Shown in pieces: positions 14,274-28,979 of a stretch of DNA of 64,000 nt. Positions within the stretch are counted from its first letter, which is position 1; the number at the start of each line of letters is the position of its first letter. Below the pieces are notes generated by a model. The model was not told where the DNA came from, ran no database searches, and saw only the letters and a program-made list of their open reading frames with translations. Source of the stretch: the human T2T-CHM13v2.0 reference genome, Homo sapiens; assembly GCF_009914755.1 (NCBI RefSeq), contig NC_060942.1; one strand, given 5' to 3'. The translations under genes and the position numbers were made by a program.

Positions 14274-14608
14274 TCACTGTACCAAGCTGCAGTTTCCAAA
14301 TAAATGATTACACCACCGTTGGCTCGCAGTGGCGGAGTGGCAGGGTGGATAAGCAGTGCGTGGGGCTTCACGATCACTCTAAGTCTTCATCAGACACGGT
14401 TCCAGTGGCTGCACTCCTTTATCTTAAGCATGTCATTCCTAATTTCCCACCGCGGATCCTTCCACAGCATTTCATATTGTTCTCACTTGCAGGACACAGG
14501 CCCACACAGCACAGAGGACCTTGGCTGAATAAGAAAGGTGCCCCAGAGTTCTTGCAGCCAGGTAGTAATCGCTAACACATAAATCTTGACTTTTTGCATT
14601 AAAATTAA

Positions 14609-14923
<315 letters not shown>

Positions 14924-15048
14924 TAAAAAACTCTTTACTATTGTGAAATAAGATGAGACCAAACAGTTGATGTCGAAACTGTAGTAATAATTAAAAGTCA
15001 CAACTAGTTATTCTATCCATATTCCAGAGTTTATATCCAGGGAGATAA

Positions 15049-15428
<380 letters not shown>

Positions 15429-16774
15429 TAAAAAACATAATTGCTTGCTGCTTCCGGGGATTTTTTTACCAAATGGGCATTTTCTCCCAAAATTTCTGCT
15501 AGCTCCACCAGGCAGGGGAGCAGCCTGTGGTTTCTGTCTCTCGGGGTTCCCAGCAGCCACACCACACACATGATGGGGACTGTCCTTGCAGCGCGACACA
15601 CACAGCCTGTCCCACAGTGTACACCTATATCCCTCCACAGGCCACTTCTGCAGGCCAGGAGAGCCTCGTTGTGCCCACCACACATTACCAGGGGCAGCCA
15701 GGCGTGCCGGGAGGCACTGACGGAAAGCAAGGCACTCCCATGCATAAACCATATCCTGCTCTCAGCATTTCAACACACCATCTCCCCCAGAGAAGTACAC
15801 CACAGGGAAGAGAAAAAAGAAAACTTAGCCCGAGACCCGTTAGTTCTCAGGGAATTTATGACGTGAAACCCTCACGCCTCCCTTCCTGCCCAGGCGGCCT
15901 GTATTTCCGTGCGGCCTGTCCTCCTGGAATCATTCGGAGACCATGCCTTCGCCCAGAGCCACCTCACTGAGGTCTAGACGTTCCCTGGACGGCAAGCTCG
16001 CGGGACACGCTCATGGAAAAGGCAGGAGTGGTGAGTGCTGGATGGTTCTATAATGAGAATTCAACGTGCATTTCGATTTTAGGCAAATCCAGAAAGTGAG
16101 CTCCCGGAAGAGTCCCCTAAGGCCGGTCTAGATGAGGCTGGGCCACTCGAGGGCTGAGGCTGTTCCCTCGCTCGCTCGAAAACACAGCAACGCATCACAG
16201 AGCCTTTAACGTTTAATGCTGAAATTACACCTAAAGACAGTTGATTAATGACAACATCCTAAAAATACTAAGTAGAGCCTTAGATGAGAGAAGAGAGTAA
16301 GAGAAAAGTAGCAGAAAAGCTCTGTCAAAGATACAAGTCCAGCAGCAAAGGCAGAGGCCAGAAAACCCACTGGCTGATTTTCAACACAAATGCATTTGAG
16401 ATGTGGTGAATTTCAACACATCTCAACGTGATAGTATGTTAATTCTCTTTGAAATTGATGCATTGTGACAAAATAATAGCAACTAAATTATCTCTCTGCC
16501 TTGATATGACCAACATATGTGTTTTACGTGGAGTAAGAGTAGCTAACATGTCTGTGTTTATAGTCTTTGTAAAACCCAATGCCACGTGACTAGGAGGAAA
16601 AGAATTCTAACTAATTCCAATACGAATTTAATAACAGTTCTCAGCAAGGAGCTGGAATTTGGAATCGTGTTCAGATGGCCCTGGCAGCACGTAGGTGCAC
16701 TGGGCACAGCTAACAGGTAACGATGAGAACGAGATTTACCTGGAAGGGCCCAGCACAGGCCCAGTAATTAGTGA

Positions 16775-17141
<367 letters not shown>

Positions 17142-17576
17142 AGCCTTGTTCTTAATTAAACACAAAAATGCAAAGAGCATCCAAAAAGCATGTTTTTATA
17201 TTACATAATTTACATAATATGTATGTTATAAATTCTATATTTAAGTTTTTCAGCTAACTGATTTACAAACATGAAACCACAGTATAAGCAAAATCAATCA
17301 ATTAATAAAGTACAAAATTCAAGCAAAATAAATTTGCCGTTTTTACTTTTCAGATAAATATGAGATGTGTGCCTCGATCATAAAAACAGTTGTATCATAT
17401 TTCAATTTTCCTTTACACATGTAGGCATGATCTAACTTTTTGAAAATATATTACATAGCATTGCTCTGGAAAGTGAGGATTGGGATAAGGGTCTGTTGGG
17501 GTATAAGTCAATTTACAATTCTTCATTCCTCTGCCTCATCTACCAACTTCTCATATGTAAAAATCTAATTACTTGC

Positions 17577-18369
17577 TGATATGGTTTGGCTCTGTGTTCC
17601 CCACTCAAAACTCATCTCCAATTGTAATCCCCATAATCCCCACGTTAGGGGAGGGGCCACGTGGGAGGTGATTGGATCATGGGGAGGTTTAGGGAGGGGC
17701 CACATGGGAGGCGATTGGATCATGGGGAGGCTTAGGGAGGGCCACATGGGACGTGATTGGATCACGGGGAGGTTTAGGGAGGGGCCACATGGGAGGTGAT
17801 TGGATCATGGGGAGGTTTAGGGAGGGGACACGTGGGAGGCGATTGGATCACGGGGCGGCTTAGGGAGGGGCCACATGGGAAGTGATTGGATCAGGGGGAG
17901 GTTTAGGGAGGGGACACGTGGGAGGCGGTTGGATCACGGGAGGCTTGGGGGGGCCACATGGGAGGTGATTGGATCACGGGGAGGTTTAGGGAGGGGCCAC
18001 GTGGGAGGTGATTGGATCATGGGGAGGTTTAGGGAGGGGACACGTGGGAGGCAATTGGATCACAGGGAAGTTTAGGGAGGGGCCACGTGGGAGGTGATTG
18101 GATCACGGGGAGGTTTCCTCCATGCTGTTCTCCTGATAATGAGTGAGTTCTCTGGAGATCTGATGGTTTTATCAGGCAGTTTTTCCTGCTCTTGCTCGTG
18201 CCCTCTCACCTACCACCATGTAAGACGTGCCTCTTCCCCTTTCACCATGACTGTAAGTTTCCTGAGGCCTTCCTAGCCATTCGGACTGTGAGTCAATTAA
18301 ACTTCTTTCCTTTCTAAATTACCTAGTCTCAAGTATTTATTTATAGCAGTGTGAAAATGGACTAATACA
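17577..18369 (+). mobile_element. THE1D-like MaLR solo LTR expanded by an internal minisatellite
   Basis: TGATATGGTTTGGCTCTGTG…GGACTAATACA ends; perfect 5-bp TSD CTTGC (17572-17576, 18370-18374). Confidence 0.9.
17646..18116. repeat. ~43-bp G-rich minisatellite, ~11 copies
   Basis: Unit GGGGAGGTTTAGGGAGGGGCCACATGGGAGGTGATTGGATCAT. Confidence 0.93.
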
Positions 18370-19574
18370 CTTGCCTTTCAAAGGTGCAAAGATTAAAGAA
18401 ATCAAAATCAAGAAGTGAATTACAAGGGCCTAAACCCTGCAGAAAATATTAGTCAATGAAATTTGCTTTTCATAAAAACATGCCAAATTGGCCCTTTTTA
18501 AAAAGTATCAGTGCCATTAAAAAGCAGCCAGACCAACTAAAAAGAGATGCTGGTAAGTTAGAGCTACGTGTTTGTCAAAAAGACCATGTGCCAATTTTAG
18601 TTTATTGTCATTTCATTTTCACCCATTCTTGCCTTTTGTTTTTAGTTTTTCGAGTCTTCTCCTGCCCCACCCATACCCAAATGAGTATTTATATTTGTTT
18701 GTTTGGTGTATTTCTGCAAGCATGAATGACCAGCTGCTTTGGACGTGTGATTCTGAATTCACCCCACCCCACTGCCTTAGTTCCGTGAGTGTGGCCTTCG
18801 CTGAAGTTTACTGTTTCCTGCATGCCACTTAATCACTAATGACCATGGGGACTTATTTCAAATGCTGAGGGAGTTAGCCCCCACAGCTTAAAGTGCTTTT
18901 GTCTGTAATATTAAATGAAAATGTTGTACATTGAACTAAGAACACAATAGCTCAGAAAAAGTTTAAACAACCTGGATCTTACTTTTCAACCAGGAAAATG
19001 AATTTCAGGTTGAAATATAGATGGGAAAACATATAGCTTACTCTGACAATAAAATATGACATGGTTTCACACTATCGAGTCTTAATTTTTATTCATCGTA
19101 ACTCCACTTAATTTGGAACTAAAAACACTGCTAGAAAATAGTATTTGTATATCACATGATAGGAAAGGGAAAAGTTGACTCAATAAAGGTCTATCAATAG
19201 GTGTACACTGCTTATTAACTAGTCAAAATTTTTTTTCAGACATCAGTCGTCTACAGAGATAGCCTATAAAACATCCTAATTGCATACATTTTATTTCTTG
19301 CAAGCATATAGAGAGCACATTCCTCCTTTGATATTATTCAATGAGTCATGCTGGAGCTGTAGAAGAATTTCAACTGATGTTTTACAGAAATGATACAAAC
19401 TGCAACGTTTTAACAGTGTTCACATATGATAGAAATTATTAAATTGATAATATCTAATTTTCCATAACACCTCGCGTTTTCTCCTCCAGGCCAACAAACT
19501 GCAGAAACAATGGTCAGTAAAACAACTAAGAGAGGTCCTGAACTTCTTCCCTCAGACAATGACAGAGGTTTATG

Positions 19575-21982
19575 CAGCCACATCCCACAGATGTTGTGGG
19601 TTCAGCTCCACCACAATAAAGTGAACATCACAATAAAGTACGTCCCACTAGTTTTTTGGTTTCCAGTGCATATAAAAGTGATGTTCATGGTACATTGAGT
19701 CCATTAAGTGTGCAACAGCATTGTGTCTAAAAAAAAGTGCATACATTAATTTTAAAACAAATACTTTATTGCTAAAAAAAAAAAACAAAATTCTAAGGAT
19801 CCTCTGAGCCGTCAGTGGATTATTAAAACAAATACTTTATTGCTAAAAAAAAAAAAAAAAAAAATGCTAAGGATCCTCTGAGCCATCAGTGGATCGTCAT
19901 CTTCTCCCTGGTGGGTCTTGCCTCGATGTTCACAGCTGCTGACTGATGGGCGTGGCTGTTATTGAAGGTTGGGGTGGTCTTGATGATTTCTTAAAATAAG
20001 ACAACAGTGAAGTTTGCCCCATCAATCAATGGGGCCCTTCCTTTTGTGAAAGGTTTCTCTGTAGCATGCAATGCTGTTCGATAGCATTTTACCCACAGTA
20101 GAACTTCCTTTAAAATTGGAGTCCGTCTCTCAGATCCTGCCACGGCTTTATCAACTAAGTTGACGTAACATTCTGAATCCTTTGTTGCCATTTCCACGAC
20201 GTTCGCAGCATCTTCTCCAGGAGCGGATTCCATTTCAAGAAACTACTTTCTTTGCTCATCCGTAAGAAGCAACTCCTCATCTGTATGAGTTTCATCCTGA
20301 AGTTGCCGCAGTTCAGTCATCTTCAGGCTCCACTCCTAATTCTCTCGCTATTTCCACCACACCTGCAGCTCCTTCCTCCGCTGAGGTCTTGAACCCATGG
20401 GCATTGGAATCAACATCCTCCAAACTCCTGTTCATGTTGATATTTTGACCTCCTCCCATGAATCCCGGATGTTCTTAATGGCATCAAGAATGGGGAAGCC
20501 TTTCCAGAGGTTTTCAATTTACTTTTCCTTATATCCATCAGAGGAATCACTGTCCAGAGCAACTCTAGCCTTCCAAAGAATATTTCTTAAATAAGACTTG
20601 AAAGTCTTATTACTCCTTGTAATTTAGACTGCTGACTGCAGGCTGTGTTAGCAGGCATGGAAACAGCATTCATCTCTTTGTGTGTCTCTGTCAGAGCTCT
20701 TGGGTGACCAGGTGCATTGTCAATGAGCAGGAATATTTTGAAAAGAATCTTTTTTTCTGAGCAATAGCAGTAGGTCTTAAGTGCGGGCTTAAAATATTCA
20801 GTAAACCATGTTGTAAACAGACGTGCTGTCATCCAGACTTTGTTGTTGCATTTCTAGAGCACAGGCAGAGGAGATTTAGCATCATTCTTAAGGGCCCTAG
20901 GATTTTCAAAATAGCAAATGAGCACTGGCTTCAACTTAAAGTCACCAGCTGCATTATCCCTGAACAAGAGAGTCAGCCCGTCCTTTGAAGCTTTGAAGCC
21001 AGACATTGACTGCTTACTAGCTAGGAAAGTCCTAGATGGCATCTTCTTCCAATAGAAAGCTCTTGGTCTACATTGAAAATCTGTTGTTTAGTGTGGCCAC
21101 CTTCGTCGATGGTCTCAGTCAGATCTCCTGGGGAACTTGCTGCAGCTTCTCCATCAGCATTTGCTGCTTCACCTTGCACTTTTTATGTTACGGAGATGGC
21201 TTCTTCCCCTAAACCTCATGAACCAACCTCTGCTGGTTTCTAGCTTTTCTTCTGCAGCTTCCTCACCTCTCTCGGCCTTCACAGAATTGAAGAGAGTTAG
21301 GGCCTTGCTCTGGATTAGGCTTTGTTTGAAGGGAATATTGTGACTGGTTTGATCTTCTGTCCAGACTGCTCAGACTTTCTCCTTCTCAGCAGTAGGACTG
21401 TGTGCTTTCTTGTGGTTCACTGGAGTCTCAATTTCAGTTTCCTTCACGAACTTGTCCTTGGCATCCACAACTCGACTAACTGTTCGGTGCAAGAGGCCTC
21501 GCTCTTGGCCTATGCCAGCTTTTCATATGCCTTCCTCACTAAGCTTAATCATTGCTAGCTTTTGGGCTAAAGTGAAAGACCTGCAATTCTTCCTTTCCCT
21601 GGAATACTTGGAGGCCATTGTAGGGTTACGAATTGGCCTAATTTCAATGTTCTTATGTCTCCGAAAATAGAGAGGCCCAAGGAGAGGGAGAGGGATGGAG
21701 GAAGGGCTGGCTGGTGGAGCAGTCAGAACACATCCAGCATTTATCCAGCAAGTTTGCTGTCTCATGCGGGCACAGTTTGTGGTGCCCCACAAACTATTTA
21801 CTATTTACAATAGTAAATAACATCACAGATCCCTGATCACAGATCACCATATATCATAAGTAATGAAAATGTTTGGAATATTGGGAGAATTACCAAAATG
21901 TGACACAGAGACACAGAGTGAGCACATGCTGTTGGAAAAATGACACCCATAGATTTGTTTGATTCAAGGTTGCCCCAAACCT
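19575..21982 (-). mobile_element. Tigger1 (TcMar-Tigger) DNA transposon, near full length, with decayed transposase
   Basis: Minus-strand ORF remnants match pogo/Tigger transposase: MASKYSRERKNCRSFTLAQKLAMIKLSEEG, MPSRTF…[12 protein letters not shown]…[18 protein letters not shown]…[10 protein letters not shown]. One degenerate terminus at ~19575; the other appears truncated. Confidence 0.9.
19752..19894. repeat. 71-bp tandem duplication inside Tigger1
   Basis: ttaaaacaaatactttattgct(A)n…ctaaggatcctctgagccrtcagtggat occurs at 19752 and 19823. Confidence 0.85.
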
Positions 21983-22350
21983 TGATGCTACTCAATGTTA
22001 CAAGGATTTTTTAAAATTTCAGTTTAATATAATTTGGGTGAATTATATGGAAGAAAATTGATAGTTTAAATTGATATTCTTCTACATGCAACATTGAGTA
22101 ACCTGATTCTAGTATTTAGACAGCGGGTACTTTTATATCAAATAATATTAGGAATGTACTTTCTCTTTTCCTCCCAAATGTTTGATTATTCATAAGTTAA
22201 AGGCAATCCGGGTACACTTGAGTTCCTTTAATAGTTGTTCCTGAAGTGTGTGGGATGAATGTTTGTAAATTAAATCAGGTTTTTCCATTGAGCAGCTTTA
22301 TTACAACTTCGGAAATATTTATCTTATTTGATTCTTGATCTTCAAGATTC

Positions 22351-24100
22351 CCACACACCTTCACATTTCCCCACACACATTCACACACTCACACACACAC
22401 TCATGCTCACACACACACGCTCACACACTCTCACTCATATGTACTCACACACGCCCACACTCACACATCGACACACACTTATATACACTCACACGTGTAT
22501 GCTCACACACTCTCATATACACTCACACACATGCCCACACTGACACATTCACACACACATGTTCACACACGTACTCACACACGCATGCTCACATACATAC
22601 TCACTCATATACACACACATGCTCACACACACTCACACGTACACACACATGCTAACACACATGCTCACATACACGCATATGCTGTCACACATACACATAC
22701 ACTCAAACGCTCACACTCATACACTCACGTGCATATGCTCACACATGCTCACACACACGCTCACACATACATGCTCACACACAATCTCATACACACATGC
22801 TCACACACACACATGCTCATACACATATACACGTGGTCACATACAATCATGCTCACATGCTCACTCACACATGCCCACACACCCATACACACACATGCTC
22901 ACACTCACACATTCAGATATATTTACACACACACAAATACAGGCTCATATTCACAATCATACACCCACACACGTGCTCACACCCACATAGTCAAACATGC
23001 TCACACATATACTCTCACACTCATCTCACACACATACTCATACACTCACACATGCTCACACTCACACTAACAAACTCACATATACTCATGCATTCATACT
23101 CAAATACACTCATATACACATTCACATTCACACACATGCACTGACACTGACACACACATATTCACATACATATACTCACAGTCACACAAACATGCTCACA
23201 CACCTGCTCACACTCATACTAATACACACATGCTCACACACATGCTCACACTCATTCACTTATATATTCACACACACAATCATACACACACATGCTCAGA
23301 CACATTCATATGCTCACACACGTTCACATACATGCTCACACATTCACACGCATGCTCACACATGCTCACACACACCCACTCGCATACACGCATGCTCACA
23401 CACTCATATTCACAGATACACATGTGCACTCTCATACACTCACACAATGCTCACACACATACACGTTCACATCACACACACATATACTCACACACATATA
23501 TACTCATACTCAAACACACACATGCTCACACTCATATTTTTTCACATATCCCCGCTCACATACATGCTCACACACATTCACTTATATATTCACACTCACA
23601 AATACACACATTGACACACAATTATACACCCACACGCATGCTCACACACATATACTCAAACACATGCTCACACACATTTACATACACACATGCTCACACA
23701 TATACATGCTTTCACTCACACTCATGCATGCTCATACACACTCATACACTCACATCCTGACACACACATATACTCACAAATGCTCACACTCATACACTCA
23801 CATGCTAACACTCACAGTAACATACACTCACACATTAACACGTACTCACACTCAGACTCATATACTCACACACATATACAGACTCACAATGCTCACACAC
23901 ACACTCACATACACACATATGCTCACAGACTCACATACTCACACTCATATACTCACACATTCACATATATGCTCACATTCACACACATACTCACACATAT
24001 GCTCACACACATGCTCACTCACAGTCACGTATCCTCTCACATGCTCACACACATTCACTTATACTCATACACACATGCTCACACTCACACACTCACACTC
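22351..24100. repeat. CA-rich degenerate simple-repeat tract, ~1.75 kb
   Basis: Imperfect (CA)n with recurrent CATGCTCACA. Confidence 0.95.
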
Positions 24101-24116
24101 TGTTGTGTTAATTAGG

Positions 24117-24488
24117 CTTCTTAGTCTGCTTTCTGCTGCTATAACAGACCAGACAGATTGGGTAATTTATACGGAAAAGAAGCTCCTTTGGCTCATGGTT
24201 CTGGAGGCTGGGAAGTCCAAGAGGCCGCGTGGCACCTGGTGAGGATCATCCCATGGTGGGCAGCATTGCATGGTGAGAGCACACGACCCAGAGAGAAAAC
24301 GGGGGCCAAACTTATCCTGTATCCAGAGCCCACGCCCACAGTCACTAGACCTCTCCCTATAATGGCGTTAATCCATTCACGACGGAGGAGTCCTCACTGC
24401 CTAATCACCTCTGAAAGGGTCCGCCTTTTAATACTGTTACAATTAAGTTTTCAACACATGAACTTGGGGACACATTGAAACCACAGTA
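24117..24488 (-). mobile_element. MST (C/D-like) MaLR LTR
   Basis: cttagtctg…ctgctataaca, ggctcatggttctggaggctgggaagtccaag, cctaatcacctc and tttcaacacatgaac. Confidence 0.75.
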
Positions 24489-25416
24489 TTAGGCAATGAT
24501 TTGTCATCTGTCACTATAGTTCAATCATTTCATCAAGCAGTTTCCTTTTGAAATATAATCACTCCCTTAATAATCGCTTCTATGAGTCTTATATTTAGTT
24601 CTTGGAACAACAAAATGCTGAGTTGAATCACCATTATACTGCAACATTAAAATGAGTTTCAGAGAAAACACAAAGTTCTATTTAGACTTTAATGACAAAG
24701 AGATAATGTCCTTTAACAAAGGTTTTGCTGTTATTATTCTTGCCATGATAGTTTTAAGTCTGTTCCTTGAAACTAATTTTTCAAATGAGTGCACATTTTC
24801 TAAAAGCATTATAATTTTTAATAACTTGAAAAGTCTGTGACCATCATAACAAAAATCGATTTTAAGAATTCACGGTTTGGGCTTAGGTGCATGTGTGTTC
24901 ATTCCAGATCACCACAGACTGGAAGTGCCTGTTAGCTTTCCTCTCATTGCTGTTTTTCATTTACAAAAATGTTTAAGTCATCTACAAAAACAGAGCATTT
25001 GGTACTTTTGCCTTCAAAAACACACATATATTCTGGGACTGGTGAAAACATTAATGTTTGATCAAATATGTAATTAAAGAGGTAACTGTAAAAACGGTTA
25101 TATAATTCTAGAACTAAGAAATACATTCTTACACAGAGAGGCTTGATCAAATTCTTATAAAGGGGAAAGCTCATTGAAGTCAAGTTGATGGTAGGGTAAA
25201 AAGTTTAAAAGTTTTTTTTAATTTAAAAAAAAGGTGGGGGAGCTTAGTTTAAATGAAGGCTCCACCACCCCTTTCACTGGAGGACGGTCACTTCCCAGGA
25301 CCCATAGTCCACACCAGCCACAGGAGTGGCTCCTGGGGAGCAAAAAAAAGGGAAAGGCCTGCCCTGTCCAGAGCCCGCAAGTCAGCGCCCACATCCTGAC
25401 ATGGCCGACCTGCAGG

Positions 25417-25907
25417 CTGCACCAGCGCCGCCTTCTCCGGAGCCGTCGGTGGGACCCAGGCTGCCCCTCCACCCGGCCTGCACCAGCACTGCCTTCTCTG
25501 GGAGCCGTCGGTGGCACCCAGGCTGCCCCTCCACCCGGCCTGCACCAGCGCCGCCTTCTCCGGAGCCGTCGGTGGCACCCAGGCTGCCCCTCCACCCGGC
25601 CTGCACCAGCGCCGCCTTCTCCGGAGCCGTCGGTGGGATCCAGGCTGCCCCTCCACCCGGCCTGCACCAGCGCCGCCTTCTCCGGAGCCGTCGGTGGGAC
25701 CCAGGCTGCCCCTCCACCCGGCCTGCGCCAGCGCCGCCTTCTCTGGGAGCCATCGGTGGCACCCAGGCTGCCCCTCCACCCGGCCTGCACCAGCGCCGCC
25801 TTCTCCGGAGCCGTCGGTGGGATCCAGGCTGCCCCTCCACCCGGCCTGCACCAGCGCCGCCTTCTCTGGGAGCCATCGGTGGCACCCAGGCCGCCCCTCC
25901 ACCTGGC
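25417..25907. repeat. 61/62-bp CpG-rich minisatellite, 8 copies
   Basis: CTGCACCAGCGCCGCCTTCTCCGGAGCCGTCGGTGG… units start at 25417, 25478, 25540, 25601, 25662, 25723, 25785 and 25846. Confidence 0.95.
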
Positions 25908-26378
25908 TCCAGGCTCAGCTCCTCCACTCCCAGGTTCCGAGGCCAGGTCCCGTCCCTCTGCTCCCGCCCACCCCCTGCCTGGGACCAACCCGCTCCCTCT
26001 CCTCTCGCACTCCCACGACCTCTCAGATCCAGCTGTCCCTAGCCGAGTCTCCGCCGCTCACTGGCCCAACCCCGACTGAGGCCCTCCAGTGTCCCCTCCA
26101 CGTGACCTCCCGTGTTCCGTTCTCCCACGTGGCGCAGATCAAAAGCTCCGGGCCAGCCTTCATCCCCCTGCCCTCCCACCATGCTGCAGACACACCCCCG
26201 CACTGTCTGCTTCTCAAACCGTCTGAAAGCCACACAGCTGAAGGGTTTCTCTCCACTCGAAGGAGTCACAACTCTTCAACCACAGCTTCTCTTCATTAAA
26301 AAATAAAATGTTTGTCTCCCTCAACAAACACTCACATGCACAATCCATCATCAATTCCTGTTTGCTCTACCTTCTACC

Positions 26379-26483
26379 TAGTTCTGGATTGTAGAGTGGG
26401 TTAACTTAAAATGTACGTCTCCTGACATCTATGTAGTTCTGGATTGCAGAGTGGGTTAATTTAAAATGTATGTTTCCTAACAT
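26379..26483. repeat. 55-bp tandem duplication
   Basis: tagttctggattgyagagtgggttaayttaaaatgta… at 26379 and 26434. Confidence 0.85.
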
Positions 26484-26997
26484 ACTCAGTGAGTGAACTC
26501 CATGCCTTCCACTTCCTTCTCTCTTCCTCTCTTAGTCTCTAGGAGGGCAGCATGTGGGGCCTAAGGGTCACGCCCCTCTGGGCGGGGACGCCGCCATAGA
26601 AGAAGACACACACATCTGACACCCACCCCACTGCCCCAGCCCAAGCCCAGGCCAGGCACCCCTGGAGGCCTCGCCCTGGTCACTGCCCTCCCACCCACCC
26701 CCTGTTTCTTTACAAGTTTCCCCTCTCTTGACCTGGTGCTAGCCTGGTTCCTTCCAGGTCGGCCCAGCGCCACGGAGGCTCCTCGAGACTGTCTTGCCCA
26801 CCCCAGGAAGCTGGGTAGCATGGGTTGCCCTGCCGATTTCTCTTCCACCCTCCTCTCTAAGACCTCTCTCTCCCTCCCCCTGACTCGAAGCCCCCACCCA
26901 TTGCTGACCAGGGAATTCTCCACCTGACGCCCCTGGTGTGGCCTGAGTCTATCTCTTCCAAAAGCACAGCTCAGCCATCTGCTCACACCAGAGCCAC

Positions 26998-27196
26998 AGC
27001 CTGGGGCAGGTGATTCCCCCTCCCCCACCAAGGGGTGCCCTGGCATCCAGTGCGCAAAAGCCAGTGGTGCCGTGAACACCCTCATGTACAGGGCACACAG
27101 AACACCCTGTGCTGTGAACACCCTCATGTACAGGGCAACCCCACCATGAAGAATGACCTGCCCCGAACGCAGGGTGCTGGTGGCAAGAAGCCTGCC
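26998..27196 (+). mobile_element. MER20-like (hAT-Charlie) fragment with a small internal duplication
   Basis: tggcatccagtg…gccag…gaagaatgacctgcccc resembles MER20. gtgaacaccctcatgtacagggca occurs twice, 42 bp apart. Confidence 0.5.
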
Positions 27197-28359
27197 CCAG
27201 GGCTCTCTGGAGGTCAGCACGGCAATGGCTGCCCTAACACAGGAGTCTGGCTGCAGGTGAGGGGGTTTCCCATTGAGAAGCCCAAGGAGCTCTTCCCATT
27301 ACAACAGAAACTGTCCCTACCCGGAGTTCCCCGCAGCTCAACCAATCACACTCACATGCTAAAAACAGAAGCTGCCTGAAAACTTTTTTCTGGTGAAGTA
27401 TCCTTGGAAAAGGCTGAATTACACTGACCAGAGGTTTCTTCACTGTAGGAAGTGCCAGGGCCTTTAATACACTTTCATGTCAAGAATCCCAGAGGGTTGT
27501 ACAGCAGGCAAGACTTCTCAAATTTCTGTGACCATAAAACACTTCTTTCAAGGGACTTGAGGAGCCCACACTTGGAGGAACACCTCCTCTGCCCAAGCGT
27601 TAGGGTTTCCATGGTGAGTTGACCACCATGACCTGCTCTTCAAAGCAGTTAGATTATATTTTAAGCTTCATCATGCAAATAATTTATCATCTTCAGCAAT
27701 TTCCTCAAAAAACATTATTACAAAAATAAAAAATAAACTGAGCAGACCTACGTCCTACATTATGGGTTATGATGAAAGCTTACGAATCTCCAAAAACTCA
27801 GAAACCACACATGCACCTATAAACATAGGAATATATTTTGGGGGTCACTGATCCCAGGTCGCAAACTCTTTCATGAACAGGAACCAAGAGGCTGCGGATG
27901 GACCCAGTAACCATCAGACAGCTGATGGCAAGACAGAACCGGGATCCGCCCCGGGTCTCCTTTCCATCACCGGTTTGAATGGTTTTTATAGAATGCTGTC
28001 ATATGGAGATGGCACCAAGGGTATATCTAAGTCACATGATCTAGGCAGGTCAACCTGAAAATCACCCAAACGGGTTCCTCAAAATCTTCCAGCTAAAAAC
28101 CACTGGTTGGCAAAGAAATAATTGTTGTTTGAGATATCCCAACTATTCTGATTTGATCATTATCCATCGTATGCACAGATCTAAAAGCCTCATACCCCAG
28201 AAATATGCATAATTATTACATCTCCACTTCCAAGCGATGCTGGGCTGACCCACAGTCATGGGGCAGGAACATCCATGGTCATCGTCATCACCCCTGGGAT
28301 TTGGAGAGTTTTCTTTTACAGCACATTATCAAAGAAATAGCTGATCAATAAAACATATT

Positions 28360-28610
28360 TCAAAAGGCAAAAAAAATAAAACAGTCCGTGGTTGAGATAG
28401 AAAGTAGATGTATGGCTTCTGCGATGGGGGTGAGGGAGTACTGAGTCACTGCTGTGGGCAGTTGTGTTTTTTTTTTGTTGGGGGGAAGATGAAACAATTT
28501 GAAACCAGATAGGAGTGGTGTTTGCTACTGTGAATGCACAAATGCTATGAAATTGTTCCCCTTACCATGGTTAACTTTATGCGTTGTGAATTTCACCTCA
28601 ACTGAAAACA
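28360..28610 (+). mobile_element. Old L1 (L1MB-like) 3' UTR fragment
   Basis: gagatagaaagtagat…, tgtgaat… and tgtgaatttcacctcaa match L1M 3' end landmarks. Confidence 0.6.
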
Positions 28611-28979
28611 GAAAAGCAAAAAATGGGTTGCTTCCATTTCCACAGTCGTTCATCTCTACCACCGGCCAGCTTTTCCTGGGAGGACACATCTATTAACAGC
28701 AGGTCTCTTGGGAATGTTTTCAGAGTATTCTTCTACCAAATAATATTATGTTACTAAAGCATATTCACCTTCTGCTATTTTTAATGGTACTTTAAAATGT
28801 ATTTATGTCATAAAATGTTTCTTCTTAAGTCATTCCTATTTTTAGAAAACATGGTCATGGTATACGAGTCTACCTTACTTCTTGAAACCTGCAGGTGTAT
28901 TTAATAAGCTACAACCTGAAATTGCAGAAGACACCCATAATCATATGACTAGATAGGAACATTGTGTTCAGACTTTTCA

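Noticed and set aside
22328-24242. His/Thr-rich ORFs up to 316 aa
   Set aside because: Translations of the CA-rich simple repeat.
25218-26299. Repetitive 180-280 aa ORFs on both strands
   Set aside because: Stop-poor GC-rich VNTR with no coding signature.
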